Assembly (NCBI GenBank): GCA_965116885.1
Contig: OZ220741.1
Span: 4,800,001 to 4,864,000 of the forward strand
Origin: Candidatus Latescibacterota bacterium
Lineage (GTDB): Bacteria > Latescibacterota > UBA2968
Reading direction: 5' to 3'
DNA: 64,000 nt
Position numbers and translations under genes: made by a program. The notes beneath the pieces were generated by a model. The model ran no database searches. It had not been told where the DNA came from and was given only the letters and a program-made list of their open reading frames with translations. Below, piece after piece: positions 48,514 through 57,696 of the stretch (the stretch's first letter is position 1; each line of letters begins with the position of its first letter).

Positions 48514-51500
48514 ATCGAAATACTATCTCCTTTGAAACACGACGCTGTGCATTTAAGTCTTCCACGACAATTTTCGCCCGGTTACGCCCCTGTTTCGCCT
48601 CGGTCAGATCGACAAACTGATAGACCTGCACGCTCGGCTGTGTATCCACCTGTTCAAACGTCATCGACACTTCGGGATTGACATCTTGCCCGGTCAACAG
48701 CATGCGCAAACCCTCTACCTGTTCCAGAGCCGCAATCTGAATCGTCACGCGATAGCGCGTCTGCCCAAACGCGTCTGCCACGAGGTTATACACCTCAAAA
48801 TACAACCCCATCTCCTGTCCAATGAGAAATGCGCGCGTAGGCAAAGGCAGCACCCGCAAATTCTCTCGGCGAAAAGAATCATCCACATCCGTCTCATCTA
48901 TCTGAGCAGCCAATACCGGATCGCTCATCTGCAATTTCGAATCGCCATAAGGTTCAACCGCAAGAACCTGCTGAAACATACCCACGCGATTGGCACTGAC
49001 ATTCTCCGCCTTCACCGTCAAATGATACGTGCCGGGCGGCACGGGCAAGGTCAACAAATCGATTAGCATAGCATTCGAATCAGATGGTGTGTCTTTTCGC
49101 ACAACCGTTCGATGCGTGCGAAATGCGCGGTTTGTAACCGAATCGTAAAGCGCCATCGCCAGCGTCAAATCGCCTCTGCCGATCTTCTCCACATCTGTCG
49201 GCAAACCATAAGCCACATCCACCTGCGTCATGAAATACCCCCCGCGCGCATCGGCCACATCAAAATAAAATTCCAACTCTCGCGTCTGCCACCACGGTCG
49301 GTATTGCTCTGACATCTCGCTCACAGCCTGCATATAAACCGTTTCCGGCGCATTTTCCTGAATTCGCGTTATAGACCGCATCCCCATTGGCTGGCGCAGC
49401 GGAATCGGTGCAAAATTGAAATGCCCCGATCCCATCTCATCTGTAAATGTAATCTCCATCCCCCCGCCAACCGTCACATACACCCACGATTCCCAGGGCA
49501 CGAGGCTATTATCTTCACCAGACGTAACCGGCAAATATCCATCGCCCCTCGTGTGAGAATCCACAGATCTTCTCCCCACCATCATGTCAAACGAATCGGC
49601 CATCATCGCGCGAGAACTCCGCACGGGAAACACCGTGCCCACAAGCGCACCCTCAGGCTGACGCGTGTACAACTGCGCGTACAACGCGTCTTTCACCCGC
49701 TGCACCGCAACACTCATCACCCCGGGTGCGCGACCAGACCGCGAGCGATAATCCGGCTCGCCATAGCGCAAATACACCTCACCGCGCCGATCCCATGGAT
49801 ACGCCGACGCGGCGAAATACTGCCGCGCCATCCACACCCGCTGATAGTGTTCTTGCAACCGCTCATTCACTTCTGTAGTCGGATCCAGATCCTTTTGCAT
49901 CCAGAACCGATCGATAAAATCTTGCTTCTCCGCATCAGAATGCGCATTATAGATCGCACGCTGTGCATCTGACAAAATAGGGGTTGGATCGACGTACAAC
50001 GCCAGCGTCTGTGCATCAATCCGCACCAAAAACCGATTCCAATACTCCGAAGCACGCTCGTAATCCCCTGCCCGATAAGCCCATTGTGCCGCAACAGGCA
50101 ACAAATCGAGCGCCTCGGGATGGCGTTTCATAAATGGCAAAATCTGTCGCGCTATCGCCTGCTGATCCTCCATACGCAACAACACAGCACCCAGCTTTGT
50201 CACCGCATCAACATCATCCGGTTCCAGAGACAAATAGTGCGTATAATACGCTGCGGCTGTTGTATTGTCCTGAGACAAAGCGTAAAAATCATCGCGCGCA
50301 AACCAGTCTCCCAACAACTGATAGGGCGCGCTATACGTCGAATCAATCGCAAGTGCCCGATACGCCATATCCACGCACTGATCCGTACCGATATCAAAAT
50401 ACACCGACGCCATCTGGTAATACAAATCTGCGCGCATCGTATCTGCCTCTATGGCGCGATAAAAATACGAAACCGCGCGCTGCCTCAGCGCGGGACGTCG
50501 CGCATAAACTCGCCCCAAGCCTTCATAAGCCAGTACTTCACTATCCTCAAAAGACTCCGCCTGCAAAAATGCCTCTTCAGCATCGCTCAGAAGCCCGCGT
50601 TCCAGCGCGACCATACCCCGATTTACCCAGCCCGGGCCATCTTGCGGTTCTGGCTGATTTGCCCAGGCATCTGTCTGAGTACCCGATTTAACCTTTGCCA
50701 GCCCCGCGACCAGATCTGCGGCAATTGTCTGCGACAAATCGTCAAACCGATCCTTGCGCCAGACGCGCCGACCATTGGCACTGCCCGCCCACAAAATACG
50801 ACCAGAAGACGTATCAATCAGCCGCAGTGCAACCCCCACAGCATTGATCGCATTGTCCTTGCCAGTAGCCATCAAACTACCGCACAAAACAGCATCTGAT
50901 CTATGCGCCAACAGCATTCGCTCAGCAGCACTCAGACGCGCACCTACCGGCTGTGACATATCCAATCCATCAAATAACCCATCACCTATCATACCCTCTC
51001 TAATCAACCGCTCATACCCGCCCACCAGTGCTTTTTGCGAAGTGTGCAAAGGTGAGAATACCGCCTGCAACGGCCATTCATCCGACCGCATCATCTTACC
51101 GTGCCGATTGGCTTCCTGAAACCCGAGTTGCGCCATCAAATTGCCCAGTGCAATCTCTCCAATATCGCGCTGGGCATAGATCCACTGCCACTCGACATCA
51201 TCTCGCGCCTTGCCCGTCCAAATGGGTTCTCCAGTATCCAGATCCACAATCCGCACATGCAATGTGCGCGTCCCGGCATCAGAAACAAATCCGATCAACG
51301 CCTGCTCTGCACGAGCCGCTGTTTTCAACAAAAACAAATCATAGTCTTTCAACGCCTGTTTTGTCTCCACCATCCCCTTCATCCTGCGCCGTGGAATCGT
51401 ATCAGGCTCCACCAGTTCAAACCAGCGTCCCTGATAGGCAGGGATATCCCGATGGCGCATCAACTCATCCACCAATCGGTCAGCCATAAAAACCCCGTAA

Positions 51501-51625
51501 TCAGGGTCTTTCTCTGCAAGTAGTGGAAACACTGCCAGACGGGGAACCGCTTCGCGCTGCGGCACATCCTCACACTGCACCGCTGAGGAAAACACGAGCA
51601 ATAATATTAAAAGTGGATATCTCAT
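48503..51625 (-). CDS. Large exported TPR + GWxTD-like domain protein
   Basis: Signal peptide; TPR helices; FWMQKDLDPTTEVNERLQEHYQRV..WDRRGEVYLRYGEP; N-terminal LAVFP..LRLID CsgG/TolB_N-like units. Confidence 0.75.
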   Translation of the reverse strand: MRYPLLILLLVFSSAVQCEDVPQREAVPRLAVFPLLAEKDPDYGVFMADRLVDELMRHRDIPAYQGRWFELVEPDTIPRRRMKGMVETKQALKDYDLFLLKTAARAEQALIGFVSDAGTRTLHVRIVDLDTGEPIWTGKARDDVEWQWIYAQRDIGEIALGNLMAQLGFQEANRHGKMMRSDEWPLQAVFSPLHTSQKALVGGYERLIREGMIGDGLFDGLDMSQPVGARLSAAERMLLAHRSDAVLCGSLMATGKDNAINAVGVALRLIDTSSGRILWAGSANGRRVWRKDRFDDLSQTIAADLVAGLAKVKSGTQTDAWANQPEPQDGPGWVNRGMVALERGLLSDAEEAFLQAESFEDSEVLAYEGLGRVYARRPALRQRAVSYFYRAIEADTMRADLYYQMASVYFDIGTDQCVDMAYRALAIDSTYSAPYQLLGDWFARDDFYALSQDNTTAAAYYTHYLSLEPDDVDAVTKLGAVLLRMEDQQAIARQILPFMKRHPEALDLLPVAAQWAYRAGDYERASEYWNRFLVRIDAQTLALYVDPTPILSDAQRAIYNAHSDAEKQDFIDRFWMQKDLDPTTEVNERLQEHYQRVWMARQYFAASAYPWDRRGEVYLRYGEPDYRSRSGRAPGVMSVAVQRVKDALYAQLYTRQPEGALVGTVFPVRSSRAMMADSFDMMVGRRSVDSHTRGDGYLPVTSGEDNSLVPWESWVYVTVGGGMEITFTDEMGSGHFNFAPIPLRQPMGMRSITRIQENAPETVYMQAVSEMSEQYRPWWQTRELEFYFDVADARGGYFMTQVDVAYGLPTDVEKIGRGDLTLAMALYDSVTNRAFRTHRTVVRKDTPSDSNAMLIDLLTLPVPPGTYHLTVKAENVSANRVGMFQQVLAVEPYGDSKLQMSDPVLAAQIDETDVDDSFRRENLRVLPLPTRAFLIGQEMGLYFEVYNLVADAFGQTRYRVTIQIAALEQVEGLRMLLTGQDVNPEVSMTFEQVDTQPSVQVYQFVDLTEAKQGRNRAKIVVEDLNAQRRVSKEIVFRYGQ

Positions 51626-51666
51626 TGAAGTTCTCTCGTTCTAGTGAAGTGTTTATGGTTTGGACA

Positions 51667-52359
51667 TCAATTATTAATCGCCTGTCGCGTCGCTTCCAGG
51701 AGCGTTTCGTATCTTTGAGGACCACCGCGCAATACGCGGACAATCTCACCTTTGGCATCAATAAAAAAGGACCTGGGAATACCAGTGTTCTCATACGCAT
51801 TGTTCACTTCTCCCGCCGCGTCGAGAACAAAAGTCCAGGTATAGCCATATCTTGTGACAAAACGCAGCACCAGGCTGCGCGATTCTTGCAGGTCAATACC
51901 GACGATCTGGATGGCGTCGCCCATAGTATCTTGCAACTTTTGCATGTCGGGCATTTCAGCAATACAAGGACCGCACCAGGTTGCCCAGAAGTTGAGAAAC
52001 ACGGGTTTGCCGCGCTGTTCATAGAGATTGAACGCTTCGCCAGTGAGGGTTCTCAGCGTAAAGTCAGGAGCTTGCATCCCAACTTCAATGCCAACGGGAG
52101 CGTCGGTGGTTGGCGGAGGGGTTGGCGCGGTGGTTGTCTGCCCGTAGAATTGGGCAAAAATGACAAAGTCCCGAAAATTGACTGCGCCATCCCCATTTAA
52201 ATCAAACTGGGTCTGGGTTGTCCCATAGCCCTGTGAAAATGCGATAAAATCGGCAAAGTCCACTTTGCCGCTGTTGTTGAAATCACAATCTGCTACGGTT
52301 GGTGCTGCGTGTACATAGGCAGGTAGGAGCAGGAAAATCAATGTCATGATATACTTCAT
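51667..52359 (-). CDS. Exported dockerin/EF-hand + TlpA-family thiol-disulfide oxidoreductase
   Basis: DFNNSGKVDFADF and DLNGDGAVNFRDF; APDFTL..NFWATWCGPCIAEMP. Confidence 0.88.
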   Translation of the reverse strand: MKYIMTLIFLLLPAYVHAAPTVADCDFNNSGKVDFADFIAFSQGYGTTQTQFDLNGDGAVNFRDFVIFAQFYGQTTTAPTPPPTTDAPVGIEVGMQAPDFTLRTLTGEAFNLYEQRGKPVFLNFWATWCGPCIAEMPDMQKLQDTMGDAIQIVGIDLQESRSLVLRFVTRYGYTWTFVLDAAGEVNNAYENTGIPRSFFIDAKGEIVRVLRGGPQRYETLLEATRQAINN

Positions 52360-54404
52360 GGCATTCCTCCGTTCACGATATCCTCGTTTTCTGGATGGGG
52401 CATGCGCCGCTCTTTCTTCTCTACTGCGGGCTTCAACGCGCCAAACCGCACATCAACCCCTCTATCTCGAAGGGCTGGAATATGCGTGTTGAGCGATGTG
52501 GCACTTAAGGGGTTATTCCGTACATCAACCCAATCTCCACGGCCCAATCCCCTGTTTGCAACCAGAGGCGAAAGGTCTGTGATGTTGTTGTTGTAAAGAA
52601 ACAGATAGTCCAGACTGGTCCAGCTAGACAGCGCAGATACGTCTGAAATGTCGTTGCGGGAAAGATTCAGTAATCTTAGACTGGTCAAGTTTGATAGCAC
52701 AGATACATCTGAAATGTCGTTGCTGTAAAGATTCAGCCGTTCCAGACTGGTCAAGTTTGATAGCGCAGACACATCTGAAATGTCGTTGTTGGAAAGATGT
52801 AGCTGTTCCAGATTGGTCAAGTTTGATAGCACAGACACATCTGAAATGTCGTTGCTGCCAAGATACAGTATTTCCAGACTGGTCAAGTTTGATAGTAGCG
52901 TAATGTCCGATATGCCAGTGTCGGCAAGATCCAACGTTCTCAGCCTGATTAAGTGCGACAGGGGTGAAAAGTCCGAGATGTTGTTGCTATTACGCGGAAA
53001 ACTGACCGTATCATCATAACCAAGATGCAGCCAGGTCAGATTAGTTGCAAGCTCAAGCCCGGTCAAATCACTGATGTTCGCGTTCGGAGCCTCGAGTTCT
53101 GACAAGAATGCCATCTCAAAACTGGTGATCGGTTCATCTGAAGCCTTGCCCAAATTTGTTTTAATGGCTGCACGCAAGTTGGCATCTGGGATATTTGCTT
53201 CTGATAGGTTGGACAAGCGAGACAGCAATGAGCTGTCTCTGATTATGGTGCCGTAAAGACTGAGCGATATCAATCTGGTTAAACCCGACAACGGCGATAT
53301 ATCCGAGAAGAAATTGTCGTGAAGTCTGAGGCTTCTCAGGTTGGTTAAGCCCGATAGCGGTGTGATGTCCGAGATGATATTATTCGACAGGTCCAGTGAT
53401 GTCAGATTGGTTAAGCCCGATAGCGGTGTGATGTCCGAGATGATATTATAGGACAGGTCCAGCGATGTCAATTTGATTAAGCCCGATAGCGGGGTAATGT
53501 CCGAAATGATATTATAGGACAGGTTCAGTGGTATCAGACCAGTTGCAAACTCGAGCCCGGTCAAATCGCTGATCTCCGAGCTTGACGCTTCAAGGCTTGT
53601 CAAACTCGCCATCTCTGCCCTCGTGATTGGCGCGCCTCTCGCCTTGCCCAGTGCAGTCTCGATTGCTACACGGAGGTTCGCATCTGGAATGGTAACCTGT
53701 GTTTCCTCTCTACCGCCACCGGTTTCTGTGCCAAAGCTGCTGCTAAAAATTAGAAAATCGCCAAAGCCAATCGCGTCGTCGCTGTCCAGGTCGTACTTCG
53801 CTTCATATTTCCCATCGCCCCGACGGGTCCCAAAATGCCCCACAAACGCCAGGAAGTCGATAAAATTAACCACACCATCTTCATTAAAATCCAGAGTAAG
53901 GACCTGTAACTTTAATTCAACGCTCGTATTCAGGGTTATAGTCTCAAATCTGCCACCCCGACCGAGTTCTGCGCGCACCAACCGAATCGCTGTGCCCGAA
54001 AACGCGGCTGTCGTGCGAAAGCGAGCCGTGCCTACCAAACCGCTGTTGGCAGTTGCTTGACCACCCAAAGCCGCAATGCCGATCTCCACAAAAGTTGGAT
54101 TCGTACCATGCTCTATGAGTGCTTGAGCATTGGGCAATACATTGTCCACGTCAAAGCCCTCGTAAGTCACCTGACTGGCATCGTATTCAAAACGCACGGC
54201 AAGTCCAATCGCATTTTGTATATCCTTGCCAAATATCTGAATGGCGACATCTCGATCCGCGGACACATTGATAGACGTAATCGCTTGATCACCTGCGGCA
54301 CCATCCACATCCAGTGAAACGGAAAAGCTGTTCTGTGCCAAAAGAGACAGGGGGTGTATCAAAAGTGCAAGTATTGATAAAGTTGACAGGATCAGGTTGC
54401 GCAT
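52356..54404 (-). CDS. Exported cohesin-like + dockerin/EF-hand + internalin-like LRR protein
   Basis: Signal peptide; FEYD beta-sandwich; DFNEDGVVNFIDF and DLDSDDAIGFGDF; two IPDANLR caps; 22-aa LRRs. Confidence 0.88.
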   Translation of the reverse strand: MRNLILSTLSILALLIHPLSLLAQNSFSVSLDVDGAAGDQAITSINVSADRDVAIQIFGKDIQNAIGLAVRFEYDASQVTYEGFDVDNVLPNAQALIEHGTNPTFVEIGIAALGGQATANSGLVGTARFRTTAAFSGTAIRLVRAELGRGGRFETITLNTSVELKLQVLTLDFNEDGVVNFIDFLAFVGHFGTRRGDGKYEAKYDLDSDDAIGFGDFLIFSSSFGTETGGGREETQVTIPDANLRVAIETALGKARGAPITRAEMASLTSLEASSSEISDLTGLEFATGLIPLNLSYNIISDITPLSGLIKLTSLDLSYNIISDITPLSGLTNLTSLDLSNNIISDITPLSGLTNLRSLRLHDNFFSDISPLSGLTRLISLSLYGTIIRDSSLLSRLSNLSEANIPDANLRAAIKTNLGKASDEPITSFEMAFLSELEAPNANISDLTGLELATNLTWLHLGYDDTVSFPRNSNNISDFSPLSHLIRLRTLDLADTGISDITLLSNLTSLEILYLGSNDISDVSVLSNLTNLEQLHLSNNDISDVSALSNLTSLERLNLYSNDISDVSVLSNLTSLRLLNLSRNDISDVSALSSWTSLDYLFLYNNNITDLSPLVANRGLGRGDWVDVRNNPLSATSLNTHIPALRDRGVDVRFGALKPAVEKKERRMPHPENEDIVNGGMP
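52610..53530. repeat. 66-bp intragenic tandem repeats (two LRR blocks)
   Basis: Near-identical units CTGGTCAAGTTTGATAGC..CATCTGAAATGTCGTTG (about 52610-52900) and AAGCCCGATAGCGG..ATGTCCGA (about 53345-53530). Confidence 0.8.
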
Positions 54405-54510
54405 CGGGGTCTCCTGCTGATGGGCCTTCTCACGTTGGTTTCAGACGTGTCCTTTGAAAGACCACCACGGCTTTGCTTACGGCGAAAGGGTTGAATATAG
54501 AAAAATATAA

Positions 54511-54527
54511 AGCAATTTCCGTGCCAA
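54511..54527 (-). promoter_or_regulatory. Sigma54 (-24/-12) promoter of the LRR operon
   Basis: Minus strand TTGGCACGGAAATTGCT. Confidence 0.8.
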
Positions 54528-54590
54528 AAACCTCTTCTCTATGTTTTACAATCAGTTACGAAAATTTGTGCCATGAACGCAGTTTAATAA

Positions 54591-54629
54591 GTGTCCGATT
54601 TTGATACAGTAGTGTCCGAAAATGAACAC
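54591..54629. promoter_or_regulatory. Candidate tandem enhancer (bEBP) sites
   Basis: GTGTCCGATTTTGATAC and GTGTCCGAAAATGAACAC, 65-100 bp upstream of the -24 box. Confidence 0.5.
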
Positions 54630-54661
54630 TTGAAATAAAAACCATATCCCGAATGATGTTG

Positions 54662-54744
54662 TGCGAAATAATTAGCATATAAATTTCAAAAAAATAACCA
54701 AATAAAAACTCGTTGTCAAGGCCAGGATGCGAAATAATTAGCAT
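54662..54744. promoter_or_regulatory. Two identical 17-bp operator-like sites flanking a candidate minus-strand sigma70 promoter
   Basis: TGCGAAATAATTAGCAT at 54662 and 54728; between them minus-strand TTGACA-17-TATTTT (54719-54691). Confidence 0.55.
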
Positions 54745-54818
54745 TTTTTGATACCCGGTAAAAACGGCGGTGGATCTTATGTCCACTGCCATTTTTTTAT
54801 TACAACCAAATTTGAAAA

Positions 54819-55316
54819 TCAAAGTTGGAAATTTAATCCAACAGAAAAAGGTTGCTCGAGGATACCTTCCCCCTTCGCAATGGGAATTGTCCAGAGTTTG
54901 TTGAGATTCAGGGCAACTCGCTCAGACAGTGAAATAAGCGCCCCGATCTTTGGCTGAAAGAAAACACCGGAATTGGCAGGTCGATAAATCGTGCCACCCG
55001 AAAGCGTATAATAAAATCCGAACCGCCCCACAATCTTATGAACATTGCGGATACCCACACCAAGCGTAAACTGACGCCTGCCATCTGATCCCCAAGGATG
55101 TTTGATTATCTGATCGCCATAAGCCATTGCGACTTCCAGGCCAATAGATGGTTTCAGCCCCAGCACGCCCAATAACTTTACTCGAGATTGGTAGCCATCA
55201 GTTGGAGAATTTGCAAATTCTCCCTCTACACCCACATAGTTGTGCTTCATCTCTTCGGCAGCAAGCGGACTGGACAAAAGCATCAAAAGCATCGGAAAAA
55301 AAAGTAAAGTTTTCAT
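54819..55316 (-). CDS. Exported hypothetical protein, probable small beta-barrel
   Basis: Signal peptide ending LAA; alternating beta-strands; ends FSVGLNFQL. Confidence 0.6.
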   Translation of the reverse strand: MKTLLFFPMLLMLLSSPLAAEEMKHNYVGVEGEFANSPTDGYQSRVKLLGVLGLKPSIGLEVAMAYGDQIIKHPWGSDGRRQFTLGVGIRNVHKIVGRFGFYYTLSGGTIYRPANSGVFFQPKIGALISLSERVALNLNKLWTIPIAKGEGILEQPFSVGLNFQL

Positions 55317-55365
55317 CTGGTGGTAACCCCCTGAAAATGTGTGACCCCGGCTGGATTATTGTATA

Positions 55366-55381
55366 AGCAAAATTCGTGCCG
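55366..55381 (-). promoter_or_regulatory. Sigma54 promoter
   Basis: Minus strand CGGCACGAATTTTGCT; palindrome TGTGCT-N5-AGCACA at 55470-55486 upstream. Confidence 0.7.
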
Positions 55382-55543
55382 TAAACTGTTTTTTGGAAAG
55401 AAATGATATAAATGCCTATTTTTATAGTATTTTGATTATCTCATTCTATTTAACAAAGAAAGCAACAGATGTGCTTTTTTAGCACAGATGTTGTAAAATT
55501 GATACAATATGGAGTTAGGCAAGTCCCCTGCTGCCTTCATCGT

Positions 55544-57361
55544 TCAACCACCATCATCCAAACGCCTGGGCGGAGACACCAGGGCCATTCCCCGGGCATA
55601 AGCCCAATGCCGGGCGGCTTTGGCGAGTTTGGGATTGCCAGACGCGAGCATCGCGCTGGCCATGCGCTCATCGCCTTCGTGCTCCAGAGCCTGAACAAGA
55701 GCAGAAGTTGCAAATGCGGAATACTCGCGAATAAAAAATGGGTGCGCCGCTGCAATAACATCCAGTTCGCGTTCTCGCAGAGCGCGTTTTAAGACCTCGA
55801 CAACCCGATCACCACCTATCTCAGAAAGCTTCATAGCCGCCGCAATGCGTTCCACCCCTTTACCATTCTCAAATACTGAAACCCACGCATCAATCTTCTC
55901 CTGTACATCGCGCCTGTTGCGCCAATCTGGCTCAATATCCCGAAGTGCTTTCAACGCCATCCGCACATTCGCCCCCTTGCTCACCATTTCCACCAGCACA
56001 GGTACCACACGCGCATCCCCCAATTTGACAAGTGCCCACGCCGCAGACCAGCGCACAAAAACCGAACCATCATTTAACGCTTGCGCCAGAGCATCCGCCG
56101 TTCGCGGATCGCCTATTTGTCCCAACGATTCTGCTGCAGCACTTCGGACATGTATCCCCGGATGGCCCAACAAGCGAATCAAAGCATCTACGCCTCGTCT
56201 GTCGTTTAAAACACCCAAAGTACGGGCAATTGATACCATCAATTCCTCTCCAGATCGCCCCTGCACATACATCTCCCGATCCACGACTGAGATCAGCATA
56301 TCAACAGCACTCGTATCGCGCAATGAGCCCAATGCCCGCGCTGCTGCTCCGCGAACAGATCTGTCTTCTCCCACAACGATATGCCTCAATACACCTGCCG
56401 CGCGCATATCTCTCATTTTACCCAGCGACTGAATGGCCTGCCGACGCACATCGCGATTTCGATCTTCTATTGCGGCGAGCAATGCCTGTACTGCCCGTTG
56501 ATCTTTCAAATCGCCCAAAAAACGCGCAGCGACCTTTCGCTCATCGTCATTGCCCTCTGTCACCCTGCGACACCAGTACATCACCAGTTCTTCGGCCCAT
56601 TCTCTCTCTCGCCAGTCGGGAACAACCGCGTTGAGACCCTCCAATGCACGGAGCCGAATGACTGCCTGCTTATCGCCCAACACATCATTTTGCATCAAAT
56701 CGCGCCGAAATCTCTCCATAGCCATCTCGACCTCTGGGCGCGCACGCCAATTTTTATCAATCTGCGCCAGCGCAAACAGAACCTTCTGGCGTATCTCTTC
56801 ATCGCCCAACAAATTTGCCAGAGGGCCAATCGCCCGGGGCGATCCAATGCGTCCCAAAGCCACTGCTGAAACCCAGCGCACCTGACTCGTTTCACCTTGT
56901 ATTTGCAAACACAGGACATCCACCGCAGCCGAATCACCGATCTGACCCAGCGCATCTACCGCAGCCAATCGCAATACAGGTACCTCCTCTTGCACAACAG
57001 CGACCAAAGCATCCACCGCAGTCGAATCTCCAATCTGACCCAGCGCATCTACCGCAGCCAATGCCAGAACAGCCCGCTTGTCCTGCAAAAAAGGAATGAG
57101 AACCCCAGTCGCTCGCCTGTCTTTCAGCATACCCAGCGCATCTATCGCAGCCAGCCGCACCCGCGCTTTTTCATCTTTCAATGCCCGAATCAAATGCGGC
57201 ACAGCATCCAACTGACCACTCTCCCCCAACTTCCCAATCCCATAAACCCGCACATCGACATCCACATGGCGCGACTGACGCACGTATTCATCAATACCCC
57301 GAGAGCAACCGCCCAACGCCAGCGCGAAAATCAGACAAATGTATAACTTTCTATTTTCCAT
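55544..57361 (-). CDS. HEAT/PBS-lyase repeat lipoprotein
   Basis: Lipobox LGGC; repeated VR.AA..ALGQIGD..AV..L. Confidence 0.9.
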   Translation of the reverse strand: MENRKLYICLIFALALGGCSRGIDEYVRQSRHVDVDVRVYGIGKLGESGQLDAVPHLIRALKDEKARVRLAAIDALGMLKDRRATGVLIPFLQDKRAVLALAAVDALGQIGDSTAVDALVAVVQEEVPVLRLAAVDALGQIGDSAAVDVLCLQIQGETSQVRWVSAVALGRIGSPRAIGPLANLLGDEEIRQKVLFALAQIDKNWRARPEVEMAMERFRRDLMQNDVLGDKQAVIRLRALEGLNAVVPDWREREWAEELVMYWCRRVTEGNDDERKVAARFLGDLKDQRAVQALLAAIEDRNRDVRRQAIQSLGKMRDMRAAGVLRHIVVGEDRSVRGAAARALGSLRDTSAVDMLISVVDREMYVQGRSGEELMVSIARTLGVLNDRRGVDALIRLLGHPGIHVRSAAAESLGQIGDPRTADALAQALNDGSVFVRWSAAWALVKLGDARVVPVLVEMVSKGANVRMALKALRDIEPDWRNRRDVQEKIDAWVSVFENGKGVERIAAAMKLSEIGGDRVVEVLKRALRERELDVIAAAHPFFIREYSAFATSALVQALEHEGDERMASAMLASGNPKLAKAARHWAYARGMALVSPPRRLDDGG

Positions 57362-57393
57362 CTATATATCTCTACTCAATTTAAGCCCCACGG

Positions 57394-57422
57394 TTGACTG
57401 CCTATCCAACAGTCTATATACT
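57394..57422 (+). promoter_or_regulatory. Sigma70 promoter of the small membrane peptide
   Basis: TTGACT-17-TATACT. Confidence 0.75.
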
Positions 57423-57495
57423 ATCGGCATAGGATTTGGCGTTCTGTGCGTTAGTGCTGCTTTATTCATCCTTACCTTTTTGGAGGACGATAGCA

Positions 57496-57603
57496 ATGGT
57501 TGAGACGATTATTGGTATGGCTTTGGTCACTGCCTTGTGCTGGATTGTCGCATTACTGGTGCGGCGACAAAAAGTAAAACGGTCAAATGATCTTCAAAAA
57601 TAA
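57496..57603 (+). CDS. 35-aa single-pass membrane peptide (type I toxin-like)
   Basis: Not in ORF track. GGAGG-9 nt-ATG; MVETIIGMALVTALCWIVALLVRRQKVKRSNDLQK*. Confidence 0.7.
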   Translation: MVETIIGMALVTALCWIVALLVRRQKVKRSNDLQK

Positions 57604-57648
57604 CCACTTGTTCAAAAAATTAATCTGGCTACTGTTCCACATCAACCA

Positions 57649-57685
57649 GACCCCCGAAATACACATTCCGGGGGCATTTCTTTTA
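57649..57685. terminator. Terminator hairpin between convergent genes
   Basis: CCCCCG..CGGGGG followed by CATTTCTTTT. Confidence 0.65.
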
Positions 57686-57696
57686 TCACATAAAAA

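Noticed and set aside
52610..53530. Regular 66-bp repeats as a CRISPR array
   Set aside because: In-frame LRR coding repeats without unique spacers; no cas genes
54557..54575. Third sigma54-like box (minus strand TGGCACAAATTTTCGT)
   Set aside because: Lacks the invariant GC at -12
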